From positions 25,912,033 to 25,963,933 of the forward strand of contig NC_057749.1 in the NCBI RefSeq assembly GCF_004010195.1: a DNA stretch of 51,901 bases, written 5' to 3'. Origin of the DNA: Chiloscyllium plagiosum. Lineage: Eukaryota. How positions within the stretch are numbered: the stretch's first letter is position 1; each line of letters begins with the position of its first letter. Shown piece by piece: positions 12,611 to 24,794 of this stretch. The notes beneath the pieces were generated by a model, which did no database searches, was not told where the DNA came from, and saw only the letters and a list, made by a program, of their open reading frames with translations. A program made the translations under genes and the position numbers.

Positions 12611-12987
12611 ACAGGGGTGTTAGCAAGTTTGTTCGGACTTGCACCATAATAACCCTTAATAGATAAGAACCAAAATTACTCACCAGCATGTGTGTTGTCC
12701 TGTTATATCAGCTTGGTTTGATGTTTGCATTGTTCTCACATGACTTCAACACATCAAGTCCCACATAAGGACATTGTGTTACTAAAGGAGGGCTGCATCT
12801 CTGGAGCTGCTCAGAGATGAGCATGTGAAAAGGAGGAGCAAAGGCTAAAAATGTTCATTATGTCTGTGCGATCTACAAGTTGCAGACAATCAAGTCTTGT
12901 TCTGGCCCCTCAATGTCACTTTTATGGGAGGCAAAAAAAAGTTAGGCAAGTTTAGATAAACCTGGAAAATTCTCTTCTGGAGGCAGT

Positions 12988-13858
12988 GAGGCCACATTAA
13001 TCAATAAATCTTTCCTCCCCCTTGGAAAACATGCTGTTATTATCTGAAGATTCTTTCAGGTGAGCTGATCTCTGAGTCAGCAACATTTCAAATACGTATC
13101 TGCATTACATGACACAATGCAACATCAGGTTTTGATTCCTTTTGGGCAAACCCCCTTTTGTTTAAACATCCTACACAGGGCAGTGAGTTCAGTTCCCACA
13201 CTGGCTGATGTTACCATGAGCAACCCAATATCTCAATCATGGCCCTTGCCTGAGGCATGATGACCCTCAGGTTAAACACATCATCAGTGGTCTTTTTCAC
13301 TTTCTCTCTACCCCTCTCCTATGATTCTCCGGGGCTATGGCCACTATTACTAACACCTACACAGACAGGAAAGAGATTGTGATAATTCTGGCCTTTGATC
13401 CTCACTTCGTGAGCCTTGCTGGTGTTTGAATGCCAGACAATTGGAGGTCCAGTGGTACAACCTTTCATCCCTGAGTGACAGCCAATCAGAAAACGTACTT
13501 ATCCTCTGCTTAACTTAAAGACATAGTGAAAACTGAAAGAACTACTGATGCTGTAAATAAGAAACAAAAACAGAAATTGCTGGAAAAGCTCAGCAGGTTT
13601 GGCAGCATCTGTGGAAAGAAATCAGAGTTAATGTTTTGAGGTAAGTGATGATGACATCTTCCAGGAGACCACATTGATCAATAAATTTTTCCTCCCCCCC
13701 TACCTTGGAAATATGCTGTTATTACTTGAAGATTCTTTCAGGCAAACTGATCTCTGAGTCAGCAATATTTCAGATACGAATCTGCATTACATGACACAAA
13801 ATCAGGTCTTGATTCCATTTGGGGAACCCTCTTTTGTTTAAGCATCCTACACAGGGCA
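12988..13858 (+). repeat. Local direct duplication of ~195 bp (12988-13182 and 13665-13858)
   Basis: Both copies read ccacatt(a/g)atcaataaat...atgctgttatt...gaagattctttcagg...ctgatctctgagtcagcaa...tctgcattacatgacacaa...catcctacacagggca. Confidence 0.85.
13179..13355 (+). mobile_element. 5'-truncated SINE with TSD cctacacag
   Basis: tggcccttgcctgaggcatgatgaccctcaggttaaac... flanked by cctacacag at 13170-13178 and 13356-13364. Confidence 0.55.
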
Positions 13859-14296
13859 TAGGATTATGGCTAGCATGAGGGGACATAACTTTAAATTGAT
13901 GGGTGATAGATACAGGACATATGTCAGAAGTGGTTTCTTTATTCAGAGAGTAGTGGAGGTGTGGAATGCACTGCATGCAACAGTTGTAGACTCGCCAACT
14001 TTAAGGGCATTTAAATGGTCATAGGGTAAACATATGGATGAAAATGGAATAGAGTAGGATATATAGGCTTCAGATTGGTTCAGCATTGAGGGTTCTGCGT
14101 TGTAATGTTCTGTGTTCTATGTTCTATGACCCTTCCTCAGAACGGGCGACTTTATTCCTAGCTCCCATCAGTTCTGAGGAGGGGTCACTTGACCCAAAAT
14201 GTTAATTCTGATTTCTTTCCACAGACGCTAACAGATCTGCTGAGCTTTTCCAGCAATTTCTGTTTTTGTTTCTGATTTACAGCATCGGCAGTTTTA
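13538..14296. mobile_element. Penelope-like inverted dimer (family C) split by a ~480-bp insertion
   Basis: Left arm 13538-13648 resumes at 14127 (tgacccttcctcagaac). Right arm has CTGAGGA (14174-14180)-gggtca-ct-tgaccc-AAAA and runs to 14296. Confidence 0.7.
13859..14126 (+). mobile_element. CR1-like LINE 3' end
   Basis: gaggggacataactttaaattg...gtttctttattcagagagtagtg...(gttctat)n tail. Confidence 0.75.
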
Positions 14297-14299
14297 GCT

Positions 14300-14440
14300 A
14301 TTTCTTTCCTATTCATGTATTTAGCCAAATGTCTTTTAAATGTTGTAACTGTACCCGCATCTACCATTTTCTCTGGCGGTTCATTCCACATGTGAACCAC
14401 CCTCTGTGTGTAAAGGTTGCCCCTCAGGTCCCTTTAAATC
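14300..14440 (-). mobile_element. CR1-like LINE 3' fragment
   Basis: aatgtcttttaaatgttgtaactgtacccgcatctaccattttctctggc. Confidence 0.65.
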
Positions 14441-14629
14441 ATTGTGCACTGCAGGTGTTAGGAGGGATATGTCAATATTCTAGGGAATTCTGTTTGGTTG
14501 TGTAGTGATCTTATTGAGAGAGAAGAAATAAAGAAAATGCGATCACTTATCATCTGTAAACAGGCTTTAATCAGTAGGCCATTAGTCAATGTACTCTCAA
14601 ATAAGCTCTTGAATTCCTGCCCTAAACCT

Positions 14630-14785
14630 TTTAACCTCTTCCTTTTCAAAACCTAGCTCTTTGACCAAGCTTCTGATTACCTGTCCTAATATCTCCTTAT
14701 ATGAAAATTGTTGGCAAGGTTTTCTTTGGTAAAGTTCCTATGAAGTGCTTCTATGAGTTTCTACATAAATGCAAGTCATTGTTGG
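14630..14785 (+). mobile_element. L2-like LINE 3' end, degenerate
   Basis: aaacctagctctttgaccaagctt...cctatgaagtgctt...ataaatgcaagtcattgttg; related pieces near 9620-9840 (-) and 49510-49670 (+). Confidence 0.45.
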
Positions 14786-15189
14786 ATAAGCAAATCTCCC
14801 CTCTGGCTTTGGGAGTCCTATTGACATAGACTATTGCTACTCTCTGGGTAGATTTGCAATCCTTGCCTCCTGCTGATGGTTCTCCTTTTCATTTTCTGCA
14901 ATAAGTTCTATCTTGGGGTTAATATTCTGCAGCCACCCATTCCTCACTAGCCCACCTCCTTCATCATTTTGTTAGACCGTGCTCCAGGTTCTATATCCAT
15001 TACCATGTCTGTCTCTCTCTTGTTTTTCTGCCTTTGCATGCAAACTCATTTAATTAAATGCAACATTGTCTCTGAAGCTTGCACTTTTTCCACTGGCCCT
15101 TTCTTCCCACAGTCCATAAATCTCATACTGTGATCAAATAGTCCAAAGTCCAGACAATGCAGTCCAATGGTCCTCTTATCTCCACTCTC

Positions 15190-15366
15190 CATGAACTTCC
15201 TGAGGAAGTGGTGGATGTGGATGCAATTACAATTCGGATAAATACGAATAGGAAAGGCTGAGAGAGATATGGGCCAGGAGTGGGCAGGTGGGACTAGTTT
15301 AGTTTGCGGTTATGGTCAGGATGGACCGGTTGGATCAAAGGGTCTGCTTCCATACTCTATGACTCT
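15190..15366 (+). mobile_element. CR1-like 3' tail
   Basis: gaggaagtggtggatgtgg...gagatatgggcc...ctctatgactct. Confidence 0.65.
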
Positions 15367-15659
15367 AAAAGTCTGTTCCATTTTTCTATTGCACTACACA
15401 AATCTCATTTCAGCACCAGTATTAACCACTTTTTTTTTGTACCAAAATGTTTTCTAAAACGTGAGTGTTAAAATCCAGCCAACTTTTCTTGCAGGAGGAA
15501 GATTAGTGCAAAGAAGAGTTTGCCAAATTTTAAACATCAATGATTTTCAGTTTACGATGAAAATTTTGCTTCTATTTTAATTGGTTTCTGAAATAACTCA
15601 GGGGTGTGGAAATGATCATCATTTATTGTTGAACACTAATGGTATTTTTTAAAAATTAT

Positions 15660-15843
15660 CCAGAAGTGTTATCACACACAACCAAAGAACTTTCCCACCA
15701 CTAAATCACCATGTATTTTTTAACTATTAACCACATTTACCTGCTTCTTTTAATATGAATCCAGAAGAGTTATCACACACAACTGAACAACCTTCCCACC
15801 ATCAGATCACCATGACTGTTTTGTGTTTTAAACAGTAACCACC
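15660..15843 (+). repeat. Imperfect direct repeat, two ~100-bp units
   Basis: ccagaag(t/a)gttatcacacacaac...ttcccacca...atcaccatg at 15660 and 15761. Confidence 0.7.
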
Positions 15844-16020
15844 ACCAATATAGCACCCGTGACGCTAATTAAATATTCACAAGGGTCCGTTGAGGGTATT
15901 ACAACACCATCAAAAGTGAGGAAGACTGGGTGTGTTTTGTGTTTTGTTTTAAAACTACTAGTCACTACCTGGATCGGCTAATTTTTTCCTTAATTCTAAC
16001 CTATTTTCTTAATCATCCTG

Positions 16021-16112
16021 TTCAGAGATGTTATTACACACCACTGGAGCAGGTGGGACTTGAACCCAGGTCTCCTGGGCCACAGTAGAGACATTACCAC
16101 TGCGCCACAATA
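16021..16112 (-). mobile_element. tRNA-derived SINE head
   Basis: Minus strand tggcgcagtggtaatg (A box)...gggttcaagtccc (B box). Confidence 0.7.
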
Positions 16113-16656
16113 AGTGCTCAGGTGATGAGTTCCATCTGGGCAGTGCATTACCACTTACCAAGGGAATTCATAATCCACAAGTTTCACAAGGAGATTAATG
16201 AGTGATTCCCCTTTGGCCCATGTAGGGGTTATAAGTTTTGAACTGAATTTTTATTTCTTTTGTCATGTGCAGTATGGATGTTATATTTCTAACTTCCAAG
16301 ATAAGGACCCCATCCAATGTGGGCACTTTAGAAATTGACTTTTAAAATGTGCGTGAAAGACGGCTGCCAGTGGTCAGGTGAACTCTGTGATTTCTAGACA
16401 AAGGATTAATTTGTACACAAACATGCTTCTAGAAAATTCTTCAAAGGCAAATGACTGTGGACAAAACGTCCTGCCTTTAATAGACAACGTGAAACTATTT
16501 TTTACACTTCCTATTGACAGGACATCTGCTGATACCCAATATTAGCAGTTCCCAGCCATTATGCTCTGTGAGCTTGACACCAAGGGTGCTACACAAATGT
16601 CAGTTTTTCCCTGATTTAAAGTAGTTATGGGCTTAGGAGAGGCAGCACTTTCCAAA

Positions 16657-16777
16657 GGAGAAAGAGACGACTACAGATGCTGGCAATCAGAGTCGGGAAT
16701 GTGGTGCTGGAAATGCACAGCCGGTCAGGCAGCATCCTGAGAGAATCGACGTTTCGGGCATAAGTCCTTCATCAGGA
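16657..16777 (-). mobile_element. Penelope-like short element (family A), conserved hammerhead core, 10-bp TSD
   Basis: Minus strand ttc-CTGATGA-a-ggac-ttat-gccc-GAAAC-GTC-gatt (16775-16748); TSD actttccaaa at 16647-16656 and 16778-16787. Confidence 0.8.
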
Positions 16778-17087
16778 ACTTTCCAAATCTAAGACCACTA
16801 CCATCCAGAAAGATAAGGGCAACATATATATGAGAACACCATAACCTGCAAGTTTATCTCCAAGCTATTCACCAACCTGACTTGGACATGTAGTGTCGTT
16901 CTTTCAGTGTAATTGTGTCAAAATCCTGGGACTCCCTCCGTAATGGCAATGTGGGTGTACCTATATTAAATGGACTGTGGCAGTTTAAGAAGATAGCTCA
17001 TCACCACCATCTCAATGGCTATTAGGAATGTGCAATGAATGCTGGCCCAACCAGTGGTGTCCATATCTCTTGAGTGAATAAAATAAA
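16778..17087 (+). mobile_element. CR1/L2-clade LINE 3' end
   Basis: ccactaccatccagaaag...cctgacttgga...gctcatcaccaccatctcaa...gaataaaataaa; same family as 22480-22840 (+) and 20260-20740 (-). Confidence 0.7.
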
Positions 17088-18654
17088 CTGGGACCACACT
17101 GGCTTTGGAATACGAGGGTTTTGATTGTGAATGCAGATTCTTTACCTGTTTTGTTGACCTGTGTCCCCAGTCAATGTGCCAACATATGGAGTAGACCCAA
17201 ATCACAGCCAAGGCTGCACACTTTCCCATTGTGAGACCTGACTGTTAGCTCTGTCCTTAAACATTGCTTCTGTCCAAGTGTGGTTACAACTGCCCAAGCA
17301 AGTACCAGGAGTGCAAAAAGAGGCGGTGGGATGCCCCTGCTTGGGAATACACAAGCCCAGTTACAGCAAGATTTAAACTGACAGCTGGACTCTTCAGTTG
17401 ATGGCCAGTTTTATGCATTGAGTTGTGGGAAGAGTCTACTGGTAGTCATTCAGGCAGGCAGAAAATCCATATTGGACACAATGTCTCCAGTGATAACAGT
17501 GCAACAGTAAGACCCAAGAAAATGAACCACATAGATCCAATCCAAAGAAATGAGCAACAGGTAAATGGAAAATAAACTCAACATATAGATCATCTGTTAT
17601 TAAGTAATAGAACTAGCTTTAGAGAATAAATGACCTGCAATGGTTTCTATGTCCCTTTCTTTCTCATGGGCTCTAAAATTACTTCAAATGCATTAATTTG
17701 CTTAACTTCAGCTTTTAAAGGGACATAGAACAAATTTCAAGGACATAGAGCAGTGGATTTACAGCCTATGGTCCACCAAACAAAATGGGAACAAAGTCCA
17801 AAGCCAATGTATGGAAGTCAAACCCAATCTTACTGCCCAGTTTCTGGGCACAGAAGTTAAAGTTCAGCTCAATAGACCGGTGAGTTCCCAAACTCAAGCC
17901 AGCTTACTGCCAAGCGAAGACCGGTTTCATTGCTTTTGTGAAACAAAATATAAAGGCAAGGTCAACTGATTCTACAACATAGCCAAAGCAAGGAAGTTAG
18001 CATGAAATTGCAGGCAGCAGAAGATTAAGCAGGTCATGGAAGCATGGTATGAGAAAAAGGAAAACTGAAAAGATTTGTCAAAGAGCCGCAAAACTCATCC
18101 GAATAATACTGAGGGTATTGTTCAATACCTGAATGGGCTCCTTTGAGGAAAGAATGCTTTTGAGAAATGTAATCAAGTGGCTCATTCAACAAGGAAATGC
18201 AAAGTGTTTTTGATTTAAAAGCAATAGTTTTTTCATGATATATGAGCCATGAAGCAATTGAGGGATTGAAAAGTTTGTAAAAACACAGCATTCAATTACA
18301 AATAAAACATTTCTTTATACTAGATCCCCAACTTAATCTGATCACATGGTACGATGAACTTGAAGAACTGCTAGAATGTAGTTTGGGCTTTGGTTTAATT
18401 TCAGAATTGAGATAATTTAAGTAAAGACAGTTTAGAACAAATTCTTTTCATTTATCTCTTTGATGTGGTTTGCAAAAAGGACATTGGCTCCACATGCAAT
18501 TTCGGATGAATTTGATCTGTTTTCTAAACTGTGGCTTATATATCCAGGAAAAAAATGCCCTGGACTAGAATTGATCAACAACAGAATGAAAGAAACCTTC
18601 AAACTTTTGGAAAATTGAAATAAAAGCCAAGGTGAAAATGCTCACATTGACAAT

Positions 18655-19013
18655 ATTATAAAATCATAAGGGGCATGGATAGGATAAGTAGACAAAGTCT
18701 TTTCCCTGGGGTGGAGGACCCCAGAACTAGAGGACATAGGTTTAGGGTGAGAGGGGCAAGATATAAAAGAGACCTGAGGGGCACGTTTTCACACAGATAG
18801 TGGTATGTATATGGAATAAGCTGCCAGAGGAAGTGATGGAGGCTAGCATGATAGCAACATTTAAAAGGCATTTGGATGGGTATATTAACAGACCGGTGGG
18901 ATATGGGCCAGATGCTGGCAGGTGGGACTAGGTTGGATTGGGATATCTGGTCTGCATTGATGAGTTGGACCGAAGGGTCTGTTTCCATGCTGTACATCTC
19001 TATGACTCTATGT
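18655..19013 (+). mobile_element. CR1/HER1-like LINE 3' end
   Basis: tataaaatcataaggggcatggatagg...gggtctgtttccatgctgtacatctctatgactctatg. Confidence 0.85.
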
Positions 19014-19489
19014 CAATTTTTGGAGTCGTTTCTTTCATGCTCAAGAAAGGCTCAACAGACAGGCAAACATATTAATAAATCCTTTTCTGGCATTTGGTAG
19101 AAGTTTGTATGGTACCATTATGGAGGTGATAATATTGGGTTAAGATTTCAGAAATCACAAATTAAAAATCTCAAGATGTGGAATTGAATTCAATGATCTG
19201 TCTGTCTATGAACATAGGGAAATGAGTGAACAAGGTATTGTTGAACTGCCATTACAAAACAAAACAAAACCCTAACTGGTTAACTTATGTTCTTCAGGGA
19301 ATAGCACTGATTCAGTTTAGTTACATGGTTGACTATAAGTGTCCTTGAAAAGTAAGTCACTTCATTGCAAAATGTTTCTTTATTATTCATACAAGGGAAT
19401 GTGTTTATTGCTAGCTCTGCCAACATGTATTATCTATCCCAGCTGCCCTGGATACGGTGGTAGAGAGCTGCATTCTTGTGTTATAATAT

Positions 19490-20255
19490 GGGAAAATGAG
19501 AGGTTATATACTTTGGCAGGAAAAATAGAGTGGGTACATGAAGAAAGATTGCAGAAAACTATAGTACTGAAGGGTTTTAGAGTCCTCATGCATAAGTCTC
19601 CCAAAAATCTATCATACAACTTCAACAATTGGAATGTTGGCCTTTATTTCAAAGGGAATGGAGTTTAAAAGGAAGGAGGGTTCGCTAAAACTGTACAAGG
19701 CATAATCAGGTCACAGCTGGAATACTGTGAACAGTTTTGTGGCCGTTATTAAAGGAAAGATAACAAGCATTGGATGCATCTCAGAAATGGTTGACGAGGC
19801 TGATTACAGGCAGAGAGGGATTGTCTTATGAGGAGAGGTTGAGTAGGTTGTGGCTGTACTTATTGGAGTTGAGAAGAATGAGGAGTAATCTTATTTAAAT
19901 ATATAAGTTTCGTAGGGGATGTGACAAAGTAGATGTAGAAAGTAGATTTTTACTCTTGTGGGAGACTCTAGGACCACAAACTCAGAATAAAGGGTTACCC
20001 TTTAAAGATAGAGATGAGGAGGAATTTCTTCTCTTAAAATGTGAAATTCTTTACTACAGAGTTGTAGTTGCTGGCTTATTAAGTATATTCAAGGCCAAGA
20101 TAGACAGATTTTTAATCAGTAAAGGAATCAAGGTTTCTGGGGAAAAGGCCAGAGAGTGGAGTTGAGGATCATTAGATTAGCCATGGTCTCATTAAACAAC
20201 AGTAGTCTTGAAGGGCTGAATGGCCTACTTCGGCTTCTACATCATATAGTCTTCA
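19490..20255 (+). mobile_element. CR1-like LINE 3' region
   Basis: ctggaatactgtgaacagttttg...tcttatgaggagaggttgagtagg...gggctgaatggcctact. Confidence 0.75.
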
Positions 20256-20259
20256 TGAA

Positions 20260-20740
20260 CTACTGCAGTGCTTAATGTAAAGGAACACCTACAGTATTGT
20301 TAGAGAGGGATGGATTCCAGGATTTGACCCAGCAACAGTGAAAGAATGGCAATTCCAAATCTGGATGGTATATGACTTGGAAAGAAACTTGCAGAAGGTG
20401 GTGGCCCCCTATTTTTGCTGTACATGTCCTTATAGATGGTAGAGGCTGTCAGTATGGAAGGTGTTTTCAGACCAACTTTAGTGAGTTGCTCCAGTGCATC
20501 TTGTAGCTGGTACACAGCTGCTGCTACTGAGCATCAATAGTGAAGGATGTGAAATATTGAAGGTGGTGCAAGATGCCAAACAAGCAGGCTGCTTTGTACT
20601 AAATGGTACCAAGCTTCTCAAATGTTATTAGAGCTGTATTCATCCAGGAAATTGGGATATATTCCATCATACTCCTGACTTGTGCCTTGTAGACGATGGA
20701 CAGATTTCAGGGAGTCAAGAGGCGGACTTACTGCCAAATA
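20260..20740 (-). mobile_element. CR1/L2-clade LINE 3' portion
   Basis: Reverse complement of the 16778-17087 family, plus upstream ORF2-end sequence (catactcctgacttgtgccttgtaga). Confidence 0.7.
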
Positions 20741-22279
20741 TCCTGAAAACAAATTAAACAAATTGTTGGCAGGCCTTTTGAATGTCCAAATGTCTTGCTG
20801 TTTTATTTCAGCTTGTATCAAGCCCAGGGGTCATGTTCTTAAATACGATTTCACTCATTTGTCTGATGACTCATGCTAACAAATATTGTTTATGCTCCAT
20901 TTACATTTCACTGTACATATCCTTTCAGCTGGACTTTGGGAGCAATGCTATGGGTGTTGAAAGAGTTACAGACACTTCCATCAAGAAGCACCTTGCTGGA
21001 GGTCACTGAAGCAAGTCCGAACATCACAACAGAAGAACTTGAATACCTAACAATTCTGAAAGGAACAATGTAATTTGCTCTCTTAAATTTGATCAATGCA
21101 ACTGTTCTGTAGTCTAAGAAACATTAGACTTTTAGTCACCATAAAGTTCAACACCAAAGGTGATCACCATTACTTTGAGGCAATCTGGATAAAGAAAATT
21201 TAGTCCTTTTGGTAATGTTCCTGTTGTATGTTATCATACTGTCAATGATGTATTAAAGACAAACTTAATTTCATACATTGGAACACCATGTTTCAAAATG
21301 TGCATGATATACAAATTGCTACTCGAGTTAACTATACTATAAAAGATGGTTTGGACTACCTCAGACATCCATATTATGGATATTTTTTGGGTTGTTTCAA
21401 ACACTTTGCAGTAACTTTACCTACCATTGCAATAACCTGATTAATATGCAAGTCCTTTTGCTAGATTTGCATTTTATCTGCACGGAATGGAAAGAACATC
21501 TTCCGTTTACCTAACCAAATTATTAGGGCAGTCATTCCTTATTTTGACTACTCCACTCCAAACTCTGTTCTTACAGGTCTTTAGTGATCAGCCCAACCTA
21601 TATGCTGAATTTGGAGAGATTTCAGCCTCAAAGATAATTTAATTGTAAGAATTCTAAAATAAAGTTATGGGTTTACAGAGAAGACTGTGAGACATCAATC
21701 TGCTCAAGAGCTTTGGCGATGAGACAGTGGTCAAATATGAAGTGGGTTTCACAAGGATCAATGGGTCTAAATATCAATAGGTTAGAATAAGAAGCCTTCC
21801 AGCAGTTTAGTTTCACCTTTTTTAAACTGGTTTGAATGTAACTCTTCAGCTTTGCACAAAATTCAGGTTTTCCCTGCCTCTGCCGATGTGAGGATTTTAA
21901 AAAACAGGATATTTCTTATGATGATATTGAATAGTACAATCAGTTGAATGAGGGAATTTGATCTTAATATTTCTTTGCTGCAGTCATATGTAGAGGTTTT
22001 TGGACATGCATTAGCCTTTCAACCATGCCTCAATTGTAATGGACTTGTTCTGATAACAGATTTGTGACTGGTGACTTACTGTCAAAGGTGTGCTGAGATA
22101 GATGTAGCAGTTGTCATTGAATCGTGGCAGGATGAATGAGAAAGCAGAGAATTACTCACATGGAGAATAACTTCAGAATTCCAAAGTGGAGACAGATTTT
22201 GACGTTCTACAGGTTGAGTTGTGAGAAGGTAGTATGGAGGCATAGCATGTAAACAAGACTTTGGAGGCCACTGATTTAT

Positions 22280-23000
22280 GTTTCATACAAGAAGAATTTA
22301 ACATTAAAGTATGTTATGCTTCAGTTATATTGGGTATTGATGAGACCGTATCTCCTATATGGTGGGCAGTACATCACAAAAGGAAATAAATGCAATGAAA
22401 GAAGCTCAGAAAGTTTAGTAAATTGAAACCTGGAATGTGTATAAAATACTGTATTGACACATCCTCAAATGTCCACTCCCTCCACCGCTGCCACTCAGTA
22501 GCAGAAGCAGTCTGTACAATCTACAACATACACTGCAGAAATTCACTAAAGGCTCCTTCAAAACCAACTGCCACTACCATCTAGAAGGACAAGGACAACA
22601 GATATACAGGAAAACTACCACCTGCAAGTTCCCTTCCAAGCCATTCAACATTCTGACTTGGAAGTATATCACTGTTGCTGGGTCAAAATACTGGCATTCC
22701 CTCCCTAACAGCATCGTGGGTATACCTACAGCTCATGGACTGCAGTGGTTCAAGAAACAGGTCACTACCATCTTCTCAAGGGAAGCAGGGGTGAAGAACA
22801 AATGCTGGCCCAGCTTGCGACACAAAGTGAATGAGTGAATATTACATAACTGAGGAAAGATTGGACAGCTGGGCTTGTTTTCACTAGGGTTTAGAAAGTG
22901 AGATATACCTTGATTGAAATATATTAAGACCCTGATTGGCTTCGACAAAGTTGACATGGAAAGGGTGTTTCCCCTTTCCACAGAACAATAACTAGTTTTG
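22280..23000 (+). mobile_element. Nested LINE fragments: old CR1 interrupted by a second LINE 3' end (22445-22840)
   Basis: atgcttcagttatattgggtattgatgagacc... continues at gaggaaagattggacagctgggcttgttttc after the insert. Confidence 0.55.
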
Positions 23001-24234
23001 TAGCAATAAGAAGTTAAGAGGAGTCCCACTTGTATCTGTAAAAGTTCCATTTACAGAAAGGCTAGAATTATTGAACATTGAAGAGCAACCTATTTATTCA
23101 CAGGATGGTGCTAGGCCAGAATTTGTTACGCACTCCAACTTGACTTAGAGGTGGTAGGTGATGAACTATCTCCTTGAATTGTTGCAGTGTGCGTGGGCTC
23201 CTTGAGAGTGCTGTTAGGCATCTCAGGAATTTACATTAGCAACAGTTCCAAGATAGCGAGTGGCTTGGAGGGAAGGATTTATGCAATCTGAAGAGAAACT
23301 AGGAAACACTTGAGAGCAAACTTGCAGGCTATTCCCATGTGTTCCCATATAAGTTAACCAAGGAACATCAAGACACTTGTCAACTCTTCAGTCTTCATCC
23401 ACTTCTGTATTCACTTTCTTTCAGCACATGGGTATAACAATGTCATTTTGCATGATTTTCTCAAGGAAAACAAGTATATGTCATAGTATCTATGCCACCA
23501 ACTCTCAGGTGGTTACAAAGGCTCTTGCTATTCTTCACCGCTGCTGCCTTTCAAGTTACAATGTATCAACTCTGCTCATCAGCATGGGAAATGTTTTACG
23601 GTGCAAGCATTCATACTGATCATGTTCTACAGGCAAGTTTGCAGGAAGCCACCTGCAGGACAATTATAACACAGGAAAAGACCATAGATGTTTGACAGGC
23701 TCTGGTAAACGGCAAGGTTGAAGGTAAAGCTGGCAGCAAGTCTCATCGTATATGCTCTTTGCGCTGTTTACTCAGTAATGCTTACTTGGCTTCATAAACT
23801 CGCCTGTATGTGATCATTCCAAAGGGTGTCGTCTTGGAGGAAGAAGTCAGCCACACCCATCATTTGAAAACATCCTAATTCACAACTCCCACCAGAACAC
23901 CATGTCATTCTAGAAGAAGCAGCAGCTCAGGCACACCCAGGAAGCAACAAAGTCAGATAAAGGTGCCAGTGAGTAAACATTAGTGTGTTCAAAAACAGTT
24001 GCAGCTGGGAGGCAAGTTTTGATGCTTTTGCAAGAACGGCATGGCCCACACCACTGCGGACTTCATTTTGGGACTTCAAATGTTGGCAATACTCATGAAA
24101 GTAGGTAGAAGACTTTGTGAATGGAAGAATTTGTCAGAGTTAAGAGAGAAATCACAAACTTAAGTCAATATTTATTAGAAGTTTAAGATTCCAGTTGCTC
24201 TTTTTCTTTTATCCTAACCAGGTGAGGTGACTTC

Positions 24235-24610
24235 CATTCTCAGTAGTATCATTCTCATGTCCAATCACAGGTTTAAACCTTGAAAAATGAACAAGTTGTA
24301 AAAGACTGCATTGACAAAGGGGTCATCTTCCAGTTGAGTTGTTAATAAAGGCTCCTTTTGAGCCCACAAGTAGAATTAAAGCACTTGAGATGCAAAAAGA
24401 GTGTTTTCCTGATATACTGACTTAAACTCTCACTATCATTTGATTACGGAGACTTTGTTCACAGATTTGCTGCTACCATTTCCTATGACAGAAAAAGGCA
24501 GTGAGGCACATAAAAGAGGTCCTTCAGCAACTAGCAGTGATAAACTTTCTTTAACACTGTCTTATTATAGAATACAGAATGCTGCAATCATTAATGCAGA
24601 TCTTGTAAAA
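24235..24610 (+). mobile_element. Degenerate DeuSINE-like element
   Basis: gtcatcttccagttgagttgttaa...tttgttcacagatttgctgctaccatttcctat resembles the Deu central domain. Confidence 0.4.
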
Positions 24611-24794
24611 CTGCATGCAGAACTCCACTTATTTCTCTAACCAGCTAAACAAGTCTTTGCAATGCCTTTGGCTCCGAGGAGATGAACCTTGCATCAAGTA
24701 AGCCTCTACAAGAGCTGAAGTGCATCGAACCATAACAGGAACAAAGTGAGAGATAAGAGATAAATTCACACCACAAAAGAATCAAGAAAACGTT

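Noticed and set aside
16273..16377. Plus-strand coding exon with good splice sites
   Set aside because: There are stops in all three frames.
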